DNA from: Chrysomallon squamiferum
Taxonomy: Eukaryota; Animalia; Mollusca
Length of the DNA: 64,000 bases
Reading direction: 5' to 3'
Assembly (NCBI GenBank): GCA_012295275.1
Contig: CM022666.1
Span: forward strand, 9,548,001-9,612,000
Part shown: positions 32,801-47,208 of the stretch, piece after piece
How positions within the stretch are numbered: the first letter of the stretch is position 1
How the letters are laid out: each line of letters begins with the position of its first letter
Translations under genes and position numbers: made by a program
The notes under the pieces: generated by a model
Told to the model about the DNA's origin: nothing
The model's input: the letters and a program-made list of their open reading frames with translations, nothing else
Database searches by the model: none

Positions 32801-33443
32801 CATGCAATTTAACCAAACAGTTCTGTAAATAAATATATATACATTAGATTTCTTTCTTTATTAATGATTCCATTTATAAGATATTATGAAGAATAATTAT
32901 TTCTGACGCCGCCATTATGTAATCAGTTCAACTACCTGGGTGGATGGAAAAACTTATTTATATATATATACACAGAGAATAAAAGAAATAATCTATGTAT
33001 ATTCCATTATTTTATTTTATAAATGCGATTTTATTTATTTGTCCTTCCCGGATGTCAGACCTAATTGGTCATGGCGACCCGAAGAAAAGCCACTGACGCA
33101 CAGACTAGTTCATTTTGGTAATAGTAAAGGGAATACAAATTCTAGGAACTAAATAAATTAAATAAAAATTAAATAAAAATTAAATATAATAGATAAATAA
33201 ATAAATAAATAATAAAACAATATTATTTAATTGGATGTTCATTGTGATTAAATCACCACATAACACATTTTAATATTAATAATTTAAAAAAAAATAAAAA
33301 AATATAAAAAAGGAGGACAATTAGCTAAAATAAAATTTATACAAATTATATTTATTCATGTTTTTGTTAATTTCTATTTATTATTTATTTTTTAAATAAG
33401 AAAGAACAATTAAGCTACACAATTCCAAAAAGAAAAACGAAAG

Positions 33444-33528
<85 letters not shown>

Positions 33529-33683
33529 TAAAAAAAATTCTCCGCAGCTTTATTTATTATATACCGGTAGTCTGCATCAGTGATACGCTTGTTGATGATG
33601 ATTTAACAAACATTAGATACCAGTGTATTGTCAGCAATGAGCAAATTCTTAAATTGTTTATTATTTGCATCTTTTAATGAGAC

Positions 33684-36600
33684 ATGGTTACTGAAGGCAG
33701 TTCGGAAGAACAGAAAACAAATAAACTGAGGTACACAGTGTAAATCATAAAATAATAACTGTGCTTATGAAATATTTCATTAGACGAATTAATCTTTGAT
33801 TCTGACGTGCTAATATTATTTTCAATTATGGATCTCACTCTGGAGTCTGCTGAAAAGATTTTTTTAAATTTTATTTCAGTTTTTCATTTCATAAGTAATT
33901 TATTTTTAAAAATTGTTATCGATATATTTCCAGCCACCGAAAGTGGAAATCGTTGTTAAAGAAGGAAAAAAGACGAATTCGTAGACAAAAGGAAGCCAAG
34001 GAAAGAGAGGACAAAAATCCTAAAGGTTTTTATAATTAAAAACAGAAAAAATAAAATATAATAAAATAAAATTGTTTTATGATAATGATTTTAGCATCGT
34101 AATTGATGACTTAATATTTTAGTTTTTAACATTATAGTAATAATATTTCAATGATCATTTGTATAATTTTGAATTTTAAATAATAATAATTTTTCACAAA
34201 ATTTTAAGTTTAACACTGACAGATATAACCAAACAGTCAATGATTAAAGAGAACAACTTGAAACTAATTCTATTTTTAATGTTACTTCCCATCACAACAG
34301 AAAGGTAATATAAGTACAAACCTACTTCTAAGATGCACAGTGAACTCGGTTGTTTAGACCTTACTGTTCACTTGACTCACTGCTCGTAACTCTGAATCAC
34401 AGTTGAGAGTAAACAAGATATCATCATGTTTAAAGGAAAAGTGATGTTAATATCTTCTTCAGATGAAAATAAAGATGGGGCTGATGATGCTGACAAAAGT
34501 GAGGATGAGGAAGAAAAGAAACGGCAACAACAACTGCATGAGATGTGGTTGCAGCGAGAGCAGGCTGCACAGAGAGAATGGCAGCAGAAACAGGAACGGA
34601 TAGAGAAAGAAAAACAGAGACGACTCGAACAAGAGGTTAACTCTTTACTGACTTAGTTTACCAGTTTTATTTACAAATGTTTACTCTTTACAGACATTTG
34701 CTGTTTATTGAATTTGTTTACAGAGGATTTCTGTTTGTTACTGTTAGTGATAATTATTATTATTATTATCATTATTATTATTATTCTAATGACTGAATTT
34801 TTATTATTGTTATTGTTATTTTTTATCAATGCTCAGCTAAGAAATAAAACATTTTATGTTTTCAGAGAAAGATCAGAGAAGAGTGGGAGGAACAAGAAAA
34901 GAAAGAAAAAGAAGAAATGGAAGAGAAAAACAAAGTTGACCAGTTAAAGAAAGAGAAACAGGTGACAGGACAGGAGAAAATATCCTCAACACAAAATTGT
35001 TTTAAACAAAATAATATTAACTTACTACAAAATATCATATTTTTAACTTCTAGGTATGAAAATGGAAAGTTTAATGATAGATATTTTTGTCTAAAAATTA
35101 TTTTAACATCTTGACTATATGAAGTATTAAGGACTTAAGTACAGTGAATTACACTCTCCATTTCATGTGTTTTAAATAACAGAATCAAAACTCATCAGTC
35201 TATTCAGTAGCTGATTTTCTAATCTAACTGACTCGTAATAGAAGTCAGTGGTATATCACTATGTGCTGTTCTTCTTGTTAATTAATAAAAATTGCCAATG
35301 TGAGGATTTAATCGTTTACTTTTTTTTTCTTGTATTGTGCAAATAACAATATATTCAACATATGATGAATGTAAATCTTTAAATGGAAGATGTAATGTTA
35401 AACATTCAAATGCATTTTATTGAGAATTTCTTTTAGAATCTAAAAATATTTTAATATTCAGTATTATTTTGTTTGCTGCTTTTTCTTTGTTTGCCTTAAC
35501 TTTGTGCACATTTGTTATCTCCTATTGAGCAAGCTCCTCTTATCACTGGCAGCTGATGTATCTTTTGAAAAGTTTACTGATATTTATCTGTTTTTTAATT
35601 ATCATCATCATCATCATCATTTTAACTTAACCAGTCTGTAAGATAAAGAAAATAGCCACTTTGTTTAATAACAAAGTAATTTTAAATTCTAAATCAATCA
35701 AAATCTTTCATTTTATTTATTAATTTTACATAGAATACTAATTGTAATAGAAAGATTATTTTACTGTTTCTTAAATTACAATATATAAATATCCAAAGCA
35801 AAAAACTAAATATTAATTCTAGATAAATGTTTCTTTATTTTTATTTTTTTTTATTTTTTAAATCAGAACTTACTGTTGTTTGTTTATATATGTTTTTCTT
35901 ATGGTTTTATTTTTATTTATATATATTTACATCTGTGTAATTATTTTAGAAACTACTTATATTTTGTTTTGTGTTTTCTTGAGCAAGTTCTTAACATTAT
36001 CAGTATTGTGATCAGAATGTTTGTATTTTGCTGAATGTGCTGTATTGCAGGATGAACTACTAAAACAAGCCACAGCTAATGAGAAAACAGTGAGTCTTTT
36101 ACATTTCTGCTTAACTGAATATCTTCAACCATAATCATACAGTCCTGTATCTGTAATGAGCTCATTAGCTGTCAAAACATACTAGCATAAATGATAGTTT
36201 TCCAGTAATTGTGGGTTTCTGACAATAGCAGTACCATAAAATAAAAATGCCAAACTGTTGTTGTTTAATCTTCAGTATAGTTAATCTTTTTACTTAGGGT
36301 CAGAATTATTATCAGGCAGTTTTTTGTGGAATTTTGTGAAACTAAAATCATATTTAGTTATAACATGTTCTCTACTACTATTACCATTATTATTACTTTT
36401 ATTCTATTATTATTATTATTACAACTGTTATTATTATTACCATTATTATTACTATTGATGTTGTTATTGTTATCTTCATAATGATCTTATCTTTTTTTTT
36501 GTTTACATAAATTGTACCTATTCTGTAACTGTGTGCACTGTTATTATAAATAAAACTTACATATCTTGTAAAGGAATGTTTAAAGATACAGTTGTTTACA

Positions 36601-36879
36601 GGATTCCTGGCACAACCCGATTGTTTCAACCATTGTAGGAAGAGAACGTGAGAATTGCTCATTCTTCTTGAAAACAGCAACTTGCAGATTCGGAGACAGG
36701 TACTTTTTTTTAAAATTAGATTTCTGTTCTTCTGCTTCTTCTCCTTTCAAATTTTTATTATTGTTATGCTATTATTACTGTTACATATAATTGTTATTAT
36801 TATTGCTGTTGTTGTTATATTGTTATCACTATCACTATCATATATAATTGTTATTATTATCATTGTTATATTATTGTTA

Positions 36880-36948
<69 letters not shown>

Positions 36949-38967
36949 TACTGTTATTGTATTATTAGTATGTGATATGATATACAGTAGTTTTGTGGGT
37001 AGAATACTTGTCTGCTTCAGCAGACTTGTCAGCCTATTTCCCATTCCAAAGTGTATCTATTTCAAGGAAAATTATTTATTAAAAAAATTCCAGGTAACAG
37101 TGTCAGACAGCTCAGAAATAATAAATGTTTACAGTATTTTTACATTACTGTTGTTATTAAATGACTGATTTGTTTGGTGCAGGTGTTCTAGATCACATCC
37201 CCACCCAGATCGCAGCACCACCCTGTTATTCCCTGGAATGTTTGTCAACTTCAGATTGGAACAGACTCTTGAGGAAGACCATGAAACAGGTTTCAGTCTG
37301 ATTTCTTTCTTTTGTTGTTGATTGCTGAAGATGTTTTTTTTTTTTTTTTTTTTAATTGACTTATTTTTATTGTTATTTATTATTGTTTTATTGTTCATGA
37401 CATTAACAATTATTGTTTTATTGTTCATGACATTAACAATTATTGTCATCAGTTAAAGCCATTTAAATTTCATTTGTGTTTAATAGTTTAATAGTTTAAT
37501 CTTTGCATGCCTTGGTTATTTTTAATTATTTATTTATGTACTTTTTGTTTAATCTGTTCTGCTTTTCTTGTATCTTTTTTTCTTCATTTTTATTTAGCAA
37601 CTGGTGAACAGTTTATATATTTATATCATCTTTGGTGACTTGAATAAAAGATTTCTTAATACAGGATGAACTATTAATTTTCAGTATGAATTTTTTTTCA
37701 TTTTGATTGTTTGAATATGAAATAATTTACTATCTTTTAGTCTTCGAATTTTTATTTATTTATGTATGTATGCATATATGTATTAATTTTTGATACAACA
37801 ATAATATATTTAAGCTGTTTTAATATATAATTATTATTTATTTTAATTCAGATATAGCTCTGGAGTATGATGACACAGAGCTGTATGAGAAGTTTCATGA
37901 TTTCTACTATGACGTTTTGTCAGAATTTAAAAAAGTTGGTCATGTTGTTCAGTTCAAAGTTTGCTGTAATTGTGAAGTGCATTTGAGAGGAAATGTTTAT
38001 GTCCAGTACAGAAAGTAAGTATACTTGGTAACACTCCCATACTGTTAGCATCATCTTTATCATCATGTACATATGAGAGAGTATAGGTCACTGGATTTTT
38101 TCCTCATGGTGTAAATATGAGGAAAAAAATGTCATGTGGATTAAACAGAATAAATTATGAAATATGGAAGCTATGTGAAGGTGATAATAACCTAATTATT
38201 AATAGATATTTAGTTGTGAAGTGAAATTGTTCCATTATTGGCGTTGTTTTTCAGTGAAACGGAGGCAGAGCAAGCTTTAATAAAGTTTAATGGACGCTGG
38301 TATGGTGGTCGTCAGATTTCTGGTCACTTTGTCAACATTGCCAAATGGAAGTCAGCTATTTGTGGTAAGATATTACACTTAAAAAACAAATAAAAACACT
38401 ATCTAGTAGAGATAAGAGTTTTGCCTGGGTGTGTGTGTGTGAGTGCACATGCACTGACATCCTAGGTGTTTCATTTATCTACATTGTTTTGTTATTTTTA
38501 ACCTTTGTTTTGCAGCACAGTTCTTTAGAAGAAAATGTCCAAAGGGAAACCGCTGTAACTTTCTCCATGTGTTCCAAAATCCTGGCAATGAATTCTGGGA
38601 AGCAGACAGGGATCTGATGCAGAACAACAACACTGGCAGACAATTCAGTCACAACCATGATAATTCAAGGCTTTCCAGAGATCAAGATAATTATCGAAAC
38701 AGAAGGTCACATTCAGGGTCAAGGTCTAAGTCACCTAGCACATTTCACCGAAGAAGACGTAGGTCAAGATCCAGAGACAGAAGGTCCACATCAAATTATT
38801 CCAAAAGGTCATATTCAAGAAGGTCAAGGTCAAGGTCACCAAGGTACAAGAAATCAAGAGAAAGATCACAATCAAGATCACCTCACAGAGAAGGGTCACC
38901 ATTGAGAGGATCCTCCAAGGTTAACAGTCATAAAAAAAGTCCAATAAAAGGTCACAGTCAAAGATGA
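33684..38967 (+). CDS. ZRSR2: U2AF35-related splicing factor ZRSR2 (CCCH-UHM-CCCH-RS), ~458 aa as assembled, 10 exons
   Basis: Exons 33684-33730, 33934-34025, 34463-34635, 34866-34961, 36051-36089, 36602-36699, 37183-37289, 37852-38014, 38255-38364, 38516-38967. Motifs: WHNP, CSFFLKTATCRFGDRCSRSH, FHDFYYDVLSEFKKVGHVVQFKVCCNCEVHLRGNVYVQY, FNGRWYGGRQ, WKSAICA, CPKGNRCNFLHVFQNP, RS tail. The true stop may be 39131 (see findings). Confidence 0.93.
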
Positions 38968-40569
38968 ATTCTGTAAGAAGTGAGGAAATGTCCAGTAACT
39001 GTAACAGCCAAGAGAGGGAAGGAAAACACAAAAAGAAGAAACACAAACATAACAAACATAAACACAAAGAAAAACAGAGTAAAGAGGAGACAAATGTGTC
39101 AGACACTGAACAGAAATCAGAAATAAAGTAATAACAATTTTTATTTCTCAAGTGTAAAAAGGTTCTAAAATATTTATTTGCTCATTGCCTAATTTTTTTT
39201 TTTTTGTTTTTTATTACTGTCATTGTTCTTTAATGATAATCACCCAGTGAAATCAAACATTAAAATAATTATAATTTTGTTTGTATAGTCTTGATTTTGC
39301 AGTTTGTTGTGTTTATCTCTCTCGCTCTCTCTCATACATGCACACACATACACCCAAAAGAAAATTACATGAATTATCCATTTTCTTTCAGTTTTTTCTG
39401 GTAATTGTTCCAGTTCCATATTATTTCACATTGTTACTTTCATACAAATGGCTGCATGATACTACCCAAGATTAATTTCATCTCTAGAGATGGTACCAAT
39501 TACTACTGATGGTCAATCTTTTACATTTGGTCTCTTAGTCAGTTTCCAGTTCTAATCAGTATTCTTCAACTTGACATGTTAATTGTTGAATATTTTATTG
39601 TACAAAGATAAATGCATGCAAAAAATGCTGATGTTAACTTGTAAATTTACAATGGCATGATCACTGATGAGGATATTTCAAGATCGTATTTGTGTAATAA
39701 AACAACAACAGTTTTATTTCTGTTAATTAATAACCCATGATGTAATGTAAATGGGCTTCACATTCTGTCACGGAGCCATGACATCTGCTTGTATATTAAA
39801 AACAAACTTATTATTACATTTTAACTCCATTTATTTGCAAACAAGTAATAAAATATACATAATGAACTTTTGAAAAAAAACAAAATAACAATACAAAGTT
39901 TAATACAGAAATACTACCATAGTAATTGATGTTAGTAGAAAGTTTAACATGAAACATTCAGTCTAATTTAATCAGTTCCGATGAGAAATATAGCATAAAT
40001 TCAGTAACACAAATTGATAATACAACATTACGTGTTTCATAAATAGAATTATAAAAAACATTACATCTGCTACAAACCCAGGTGACAACACTACATTGTT
40101 TTACATATTTTACTTTGAGCAAAAATAATTTCTATTGTTAGTTTATCCTAGTAAACATACAATATACTTGTTTTTGTACATTCATTTCTTTCCTTAAACT
40201 ATTTTATGTCAGAAATTTTATTAACAAAACAATTTATAATAAATCTAGGTATACTTCAGCTGTTTATTATTTTATAGGATTCTACTGATTGTTTAAATTA
40301 TCATTTCCCAGTTATACTTGATGACAGCATTATAACATGCTCCACCACATTTACAGAGATCCTCCTTTGGTGTATGGAAGTATTCCATGGCCTGCACATC
40401 TAAAAGTGGTCAATGGAACTGTTCAAGGGATTGATTAATGCCTGGGTCAAAAGGGGATCAAATGCTGATATTCATACAAGAAATAAAAACATAACTTGCT
40501 ATTACACGTTTTTAATTTATTTTATATTTTATTTGAACTTAAGTGAAATATAATGATAATTGAAAGGAT

Positions 40570-41944
40570 TCACTATGATAAAAACAAAGACTGATTTTTA
40601 AAGAAAAATCAGAATGGTTAAATTTAAAGAGATTTTCTAAAGCATATGCCATTGCTGATAATGGAGGACTGAGATATATAATATCTCCTTTAATATATCA
40701 AAGAAAGTTAAATCATATAACATTGGTGAAGAGATCATAATGTCAGCGATTAAAGATGTGATTGAAAATAAAGTCAGACACTCAGCCTATTTTATAATAC
40801 ATACCATTAAGTGCAAATACTGTCCAACAATGCATTGATGAGATGGCCAATGATGTGGAAAGAAACTTGACATCAGAGCTTCAACATTGCAGGTTTTCTA
40901 TTCATCTCGATGAATCAGCTTTTGATGGTTCAAATATTCTCATGGCTTATATGAGGTATTACAGTCCAAGCCTAAAGTGTGTTGTTCATGAATTCTTGAT
41001 AATAAAGCCAAAGATGAGACAATTTTTGCATGTTTGGGGGATTTGAAGAAACACATTGTTCCCCTGGGAATATTAATTCACTGACTTCAGTGGTGGACCA
41101 GCAAAGGTTAGTTGTTAAGAGGATCAGCTGCCTTACCTAATGAAAATGTTCCCAATGTACCTACCATTCACTGTTTTACATGGATACCATCTCATAGCCA
41201 AGAACTGCATGATGTCTTAAAAGTGTATCGGTCAATCATTAAAATTAAAGCACATCCTCTCAATTCACGACTGTTTGCAATGTTATGTGAAAAATATAAT
41301 GAGACTTTGAAGAAATTACTTTTGCTGTGGAGTTTCTTTCAGAAGTGGACCTATTAGTATGAAACCAGTTGAAAATATGCAAGAATCATTGGTTTTATTT
41401 GGCAGACCTATCTACTTGTATTCAAAATTGTATGAAGTATAGAAACATCTGCAAGGTAAAAGATGTTACAAGTATTCAAACTGAATAATACTAATACACT
41501 TCCAAGTCAAATAGAACTATTTAAGTTTTCATTGGTGCATAAAATTTTAAAATACTTTTCAACTGGAAGCTGATAAAAAAAATGATTTGGATATATATAT
41601 ATATACTAAATGTGCTTACTCATCTGGATTGTTACACTATCAAATGTCATTTAGAAGACAAATTCATTGATATGTGTATGGATCTCAAAGATAAATCATT
41701 GTTCAGAAGTAAAAACCTCAGTGACTATTGGTGTAGTGTAAATACTGTTATTAAACACCTCAAACTTAGTGCAGCAATTAAGCCATTTTCACTTGCATTC
41801 CCAAGTTTATACATGGTTGAAGCTGGTTTTTGCCATGCAAATGCAGTTCTAACAAAGAACATACTGATTCTGGAAGAACTCACCAATATCCTAACAAATA
41901 TCAGTGTCCTTGTTGATGGTCATCAAACACATCCTTCCTGTTAA
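40570..41944 (+). mobile_element. Decayed hAT Charlie/Buster-type transposase (ZBED5/SCAND3-like); element possibly ~40422-42051
   Basis: Fragments YNIGEEII, IPLSANTVQQCIDEMANDVE, FSIHLDES...ILMAYMRY, IKAHPLNSRLF, LAFPSLYMVEAGF, HQTHPS, broken by frameshifts and stops. Confidence 0.85.
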
Positions 41945-42764
41945 TAATATCAACCAATTCAATAAAAAAATATCTTAATTTATTTTTAATGTTTTTAATA
42001 TTATTTATGAAGTTTCTCTTTCATAATTATTATTGATGTTAGGTTTAATTTTGAAACTAGTGGTAATGCAAATGAGAAGTTCAGCTTGTCTGTCTGTCAC
42101 AAAATTCCTCCAGCACTATGACTGTAAATTGATTTTCCTTTTTGTTTCCCTATATTTCATGAGAAGATATTCAGAGGGGCAGGGGATACACAACAAGAGT
42201 TCCAGGGCTTGGTATGTAATTGTATGCACTAATGTACTTTGGAACTGTACATCAACTTAATCACTATTATTTTTTTTTTTTTTTTTTTTTTTTTTATTTA
42301 TTACCTGCCTGGGGATAGATGAAGAAAAAAACATTCCATGATCTAAAGATAGTTCTACATTAACTTTTCAACATATTAAAGAGATGTAGTTAGAGATCAG
42401 GTTAAAATGATGAATGACCATGTACCAGCTTCAATATTAAAAAAATATACAAAAAAAAAAGAATCTTAAAACTATATATAATTCAAAAGAAAAAATAATA
42501 ATAATAAAAAAAAGATCCTTCTACAATTTTACATGATTTTACAAATGTAGCTAGTATTTCAAGTAACTCTCTCTAGCAGTTTTTACATAAAGCTAAAATC
42601 AAAACTGAATTATGTAAAAACTACTAGAGACATTACGTTGAAATCCTGGATGATAAGATATAATGTCCATTTCTTTACTTATGCATAAATTTTTGTAAGG
42701 CTTGAAAATGTGTTATGTGAAATGTGAGGTGTTGACAGTCCAGTGTATTTTTCTTTTGGCCACC

Positions 42765-42824
<60 letters not shown>

Positions 42825-43630
42825 AAATCTTCTATCGCCTTTGATTTTCAAATTAGTCGTATTCAGGAGAATTAGACCGAGATATCACTATACAACCCCC
42901 CATCCCCTTTGCAATAAGCTGTATTAAAAAAGCTGTTGAACCTAACAAGGCGCGTGCGACGCGTGCTAAACGAGCGATTTTTCTTTTAGAAACCACTGAT
43001 TTCAATCGCAGTATCCTGACTGAACGCACACGGGTACATTTCATTCAGACGTTACAAGTACTTTATCAACGTACAAAGATAACGACAGAAAAGAAAATGC
43101 CTGGAAGAATATCGGAAAAACTCTAGTCCTACCTAGTAAGTAATGTATGTGTTTTATTAGTAACAAGCACGTATAAGCTTCTTGGACGGTTCAGTCCTAA
43201 CCACGGGTGGGGGAAAAGAGCAGCTCCCCCCAGAAACACAAACACAGTGAAGAAGATGTTAATGTTTTGTTAATTATTCACAAATTAACTGTTTTATTAC
43301 GCTTGTCATCTTGTTAAACATCCATATCTGTCTGTCTATCTGTCTCTCTGGCTGTCTGTCTGTTTATCTATCTGTCTGTCTGTTTGTCTATCTATCTGTC
43401 TGTCTCCGCCGAACCAACAGCTAGCATATGATATTTATTTTTTACTTATATTTTTTTATTTGAAGAGAAAACTGTTTTAAAGATAAATACATGCATCAGT
43501 GTCCCAGCTTGTCATCTTGTTAAACATCCATATCTGTCTGTCTGGCTGTCTGCCTATCTGTCTGTCTATCTGGCTGTCTGGCTGTCTATATGTCTGTCTA
43601 TCTGGCTGTCTGGCTGTCTGTCTCTCTATT

Positions 43631-43923
43631 TATCTATCTATCAACCAATGTGAAACGAAAGTCCTGTCTCTGAACTGTTAATGATTAACAGCGTTTGTAG
43701 AAGTTGTCCTAGTAACTGACTAGTAACTGTTTTTACTTGTAACTAAGACTGTTACAGATACAAGTTCCAGTAAGAGCTTTAATAGCAACACGTCTTTTAA
43801 AAGTGTTATAGTAGTAACAGGCTATAGTAATAGTTTTAGTAGTAATAGTTTGTTACTAACTGCTGTTGTACTAGAAAAGTAACAGTTTTAAGTAGTAATG
43901 AACTTTATCAGTGTTAGCAAAGC
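43631..43923 (+). repeat. ~290 bp direct repeat, copy 1 (copy 2 at 46904-47195)
   Basis: tatctatctatcaaccaatgt...aaagtcctgtctctga...gttacagatacaagttccagtaagagct...gaactttatcagtgttagcaaagc is present twice. Confidence 0.9.
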
Positions 43924-44057
43924 CGGATCAAGCAACTGCGGGGCCCGTAGCAAAACATAGCATAGGCCTCCTACTACTGGCTAGTTACAAAACTAAATGA
44001 ACCCCTCCTCAACCCCCGCCCACTATTATCATAGCTTAACAAATTTCTTGTAATACG

Positions 44058-44479
44058 TTTGTGTTTTGTGTGCAGTGTGATATGTATAATGTATTTAATA
44101 ATGTTGCATCATATCTATTTTGTGTCTGGTGTTGTCCAAATCTCCCTTTTGACTCCCTATGCTGTCTCTGTGTTTTGTTTGTGGTCTAGTTTGTTGTATG
44201 TGTATTCTTTGTGTGTTTTTGATTGTGTGTTTTTGTATGAGTTTTGTTTTATGTGCTATGTGGTATGTTTCCTGTGCTGTATTGTTTGTCATGTGATGTC
44301 ATGTTCCATGTGTCATTCCTGTATGATGTGTGTAGTTTATGGATGCTCTTGCATTTTTGTTTTGTGTCTGGTGTGATATATATGTCTGTGTTTAGAGAGC
44401 TGTCTTGTCTGTACATCTGTTTTGTGTACACTGTGCTGCTGTTGTCTATGGTCTTGTGTGCAGTAGGTGTGTATATGTT

Positions 44480-44523
<44 letters not shown>

Positions 44524-46240
44524 TGTCTTCTGGCATTTTGTTCCAAATCTGGTGGTGTGATGTTTTGAGTCCCTTGTCCTGTATATTGTGGGTAATGCAT
44601 TTTTGTATGTTTGTTGTCCTTGCATGTTTGTGTTTTATGTGCAATATATATGCCTCTGTTTTGTGTCTGATCTTGTCTGTGTGTCTGTTTTGTGTACCCT
44701 GTACTCTTGCTGTCTGTATTTTTTATCCAGTTATATTTTTATCTGTTCTGTGCTGTTCCTGTCTATGTTTTGTGAACGGTTTGGTGTAGTGTTTGTTCTG
44801 TATATGTGTTTGGGTTTTATCTGAGACTTTTGTGTTTTGTGTCATGTCATATGTGTCCTGTGGTGTGAAGTTTTCTGTGCTTTGTTCTAATTGTACATGT
44901 CTCTTGTTGTTGCATGTTTGTGACATATGTCTGTGTGTTGTATTTGTCTGTGATATATATTATGTATGTGTGGTTTATTGTATTGTTCTGCAATGAAACA
45001 ACCACATTGGCACCAAACACAACAGTTACCACCTACACAACACAAAATAGAACACAGAACACACCCCACTGAGTGTAGTGCCTAGTGCGCATGTTATGTG
45101 TTGGGGATTTGGTATATGGTATGTTTGGTGCATGTTGTGGTGTTTTCTGTGTTCTCAGTGTGTCTTTTTTGTGTCCCCTGTGCTGTTGTAGTTGTGAGTG
45201 TAGTAGTTTACTGCAGTATGTGCATGTGTGTTTGTGGTGTGTATGTGTGTGTGTTTTTGTATGATATGGTATGTGAGATGTGATGTTTTGAATGCTGCAG
45301 TGTGCATTTTGTGTTCTTGACCTGTGTGGTGTGTGTAATGTATTCATTTTTTTATTTTGTTGTCTCTGTGTCTGATCTGTGAACCATGTGCTGCTGTTTT
45401 CTGTGTTTTTCATCCTGCTGATATTTTTATCTGTATTTCTTTGTCCCCTGTGCTCTTCCTGTCTGTGTTTTGTGTCCCCTTTTGTGTGTAGTGTGTGTAC
45501 TGTGTTTGTGTGTGTGACTGTGTGTTTCATGCGCAAAATTTTTGTTTTGTGTCATGTAGTTGGTGTCCCCTGATCGGACATTGTGTGTGCTTTGTGCTAT
45601 ATGGTGTGTCTTTTGTGCTTATTGTACATATTTCTTTTTTTTTTGCATTATGTTTGTGATTTCTGTCCGGTGTGATGTGTATCTGTTTGTTGTGTTTGTG
45701 TGTGATGTATATAATGGTATGTATGATGTGCTGTCTGTGATGGATGTGAGGTTTGTTGTGTCGTTTTGTCACCACACAGACACCAAACACAACATGTACA
45801 CCCTACACAACACAAAACAACACAGAATACACACCACCCACAGTGTAGTGTCTAGACCGTATGTTATGTGTTGGGGATTTGCTATATGGTATGTTGTTAC
45901 ATGTTGTGGTTTTGTGATGTTTTGTGTGACTTGTCTTGTGGTCTGTTGTTTTTATTGCTGTGGTGTGATATTTCATGAGCCTTGTCCTGTGTGGTTTGTG
46001 TAATGTCTGTATTATATATGTTTGTGTTTTCTCTCTGATATTGTTTGAGTATTTGTGGTGTGTTTTTGTATGATGTTGTATGTGTTCTGTGGTATATTGT
46101 TTTGAATGGTGCAGTGTGATGTTTTGTGTTCCTTGTCCTGTGTGGTGTGTTTAATGTATGCATTTTTGCATGTTTGTGTTTTCTCTCTGATATTGTCTGT
46201 GTGTGTGTTCTGTGAAATATGTATTGTTGCTCTCTGTTCA
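44058..46240. repeat. Degenerate TG-rich tandem block, period roughly 750-800 bp
   Basis: The marker caccaaacacaaca...gtgtagtg.ctag...atgttatgtgttggggattt occurs at 45011 and 45781. Related motifs lie near 44556, 45300 and 46115. This block produces the spurious Cys/Val and His/Thr ORFs. Confidence 0.8.
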
Positions 46241-46246
46241 TGGATG

Positions 46247-46760
46247 AAAGTTTGCCACCTTTCGGCTGAATTCCGTCTTTTTATTGCACCAAAATTTATT
46301 TTTAAAAATCCGTCCCTTTTCAACTTCCATTCATTCTGCCTAAAATTTCCAACTTTTGATCTAACATGGCTGTGCCCATTGTGGCTGCCATATTTACTTA
46401 TTTGACACTGGCCAGATTTGTCTTGTGAAGTTACACCTGGCTGAGACCAATGCACAGATCGTATACATTGGTCGTGTCATGTTGGACAAAATGGTGGTAT
46501 TGTTTGCGAATGCATTGAAAATCTGTCCATTGGTCGGGATTTTGTGATTTCAGTGGGATGTCGTACAAAGTTCTTGATTGGTCAGTGGACCTGAAGGTGG
46601 TTGAGCGTGGAGTCAAGAACACTTTTTGATGGAATTGGCTTGAAGAAAAGGACAAACTAGGTAATTTTGTTAGCAAGAGGGTTCGCAAAATGAATCAACC
46701 TCAACCTGGTGTTGCTATTTGTGCAGCATACTTAAAATTCCATCAAAGCTGTCTTCAAAT
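46247..46760 (+). mobile_element. 5' fragment of a hAT-like DNA transposon with truncated transposase N-terminus
   Basis: A tttgccacctttcggc end-like motif, then from ATG 46558: MSYKVLDWSVDLKVVERGVKNTF*WNWLEEKDKLGNFVSKRVRKMNQPQPGVAIC. This resembles the WxWL...IRK...GxAxC N-terminus of hAT transposases (recalled, not searched). Confidence 0.45.
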
Positions 46761-46903
46761 TAAAAAAATTCTCATCCCTCCAACTCCCCCACTGCTGTCT
46801 ATGCCATTGTGTCCTCAGCCAAAAACATATCCATAATTTGGTAAAATTATTTTAGCCCTTTTTGGGAAAAGTCACTTTCATCTCTATTTTCTATCTGTCT
46901 ATT

Positions 46904-47195
46904 TATCTATCTATCAACCAATGTCAAATGAAAGTCCTGTCTCTGAGCCTTTAATGATTAACAGTGTTTGTAGAAGTTGTCCTAGTAATTGTCTTAATGG
47001 TAATAGTACTAGTAACTGTTTTTTCTTGTAGCTAAGACTGTTACAGATACAAGTTCCAGTAAGAGCTGTAATAGCAACAAGTCTTTTAATAGTGTTATAG
47101 TAATAGTTTTAGTAGTAATAGTAAGTTAGTAAAAGCTTTAGTACTAGAAAAGTAACAGTTTTAAATAGTAATGAACTTTATCAGTGTTAGCAAAG
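46904..47195 (+). repeat. ~290 bp direct repeat, copy 2
   Basis: Matches 43631-43923. Confidence 0.9.
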
Positions 47196-47208
47196 CAGTG
47201 TTAGTTAG

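Noticed and set aside
32900-33120. YY1/ETS-like motifs as the ZRSR2 promoter
   Set aside because: Short motifs only, with no way to place a TSS from sequence.
33684-38967. U12-type introns in ZRSR2, or a functional splicing-factor cluster with RBMX2
   Set aside because: No modelled donor matches RTATCCTT. Two splicing genes 21 kb apart, separated by unrelated genes, is unremarkable.
42298-42322. U1 snRNA-like start (ttacctgcctgggga)
   Set aside because: Similarity is limited to ttacctg. It is better read as a minus-strand splice donor.
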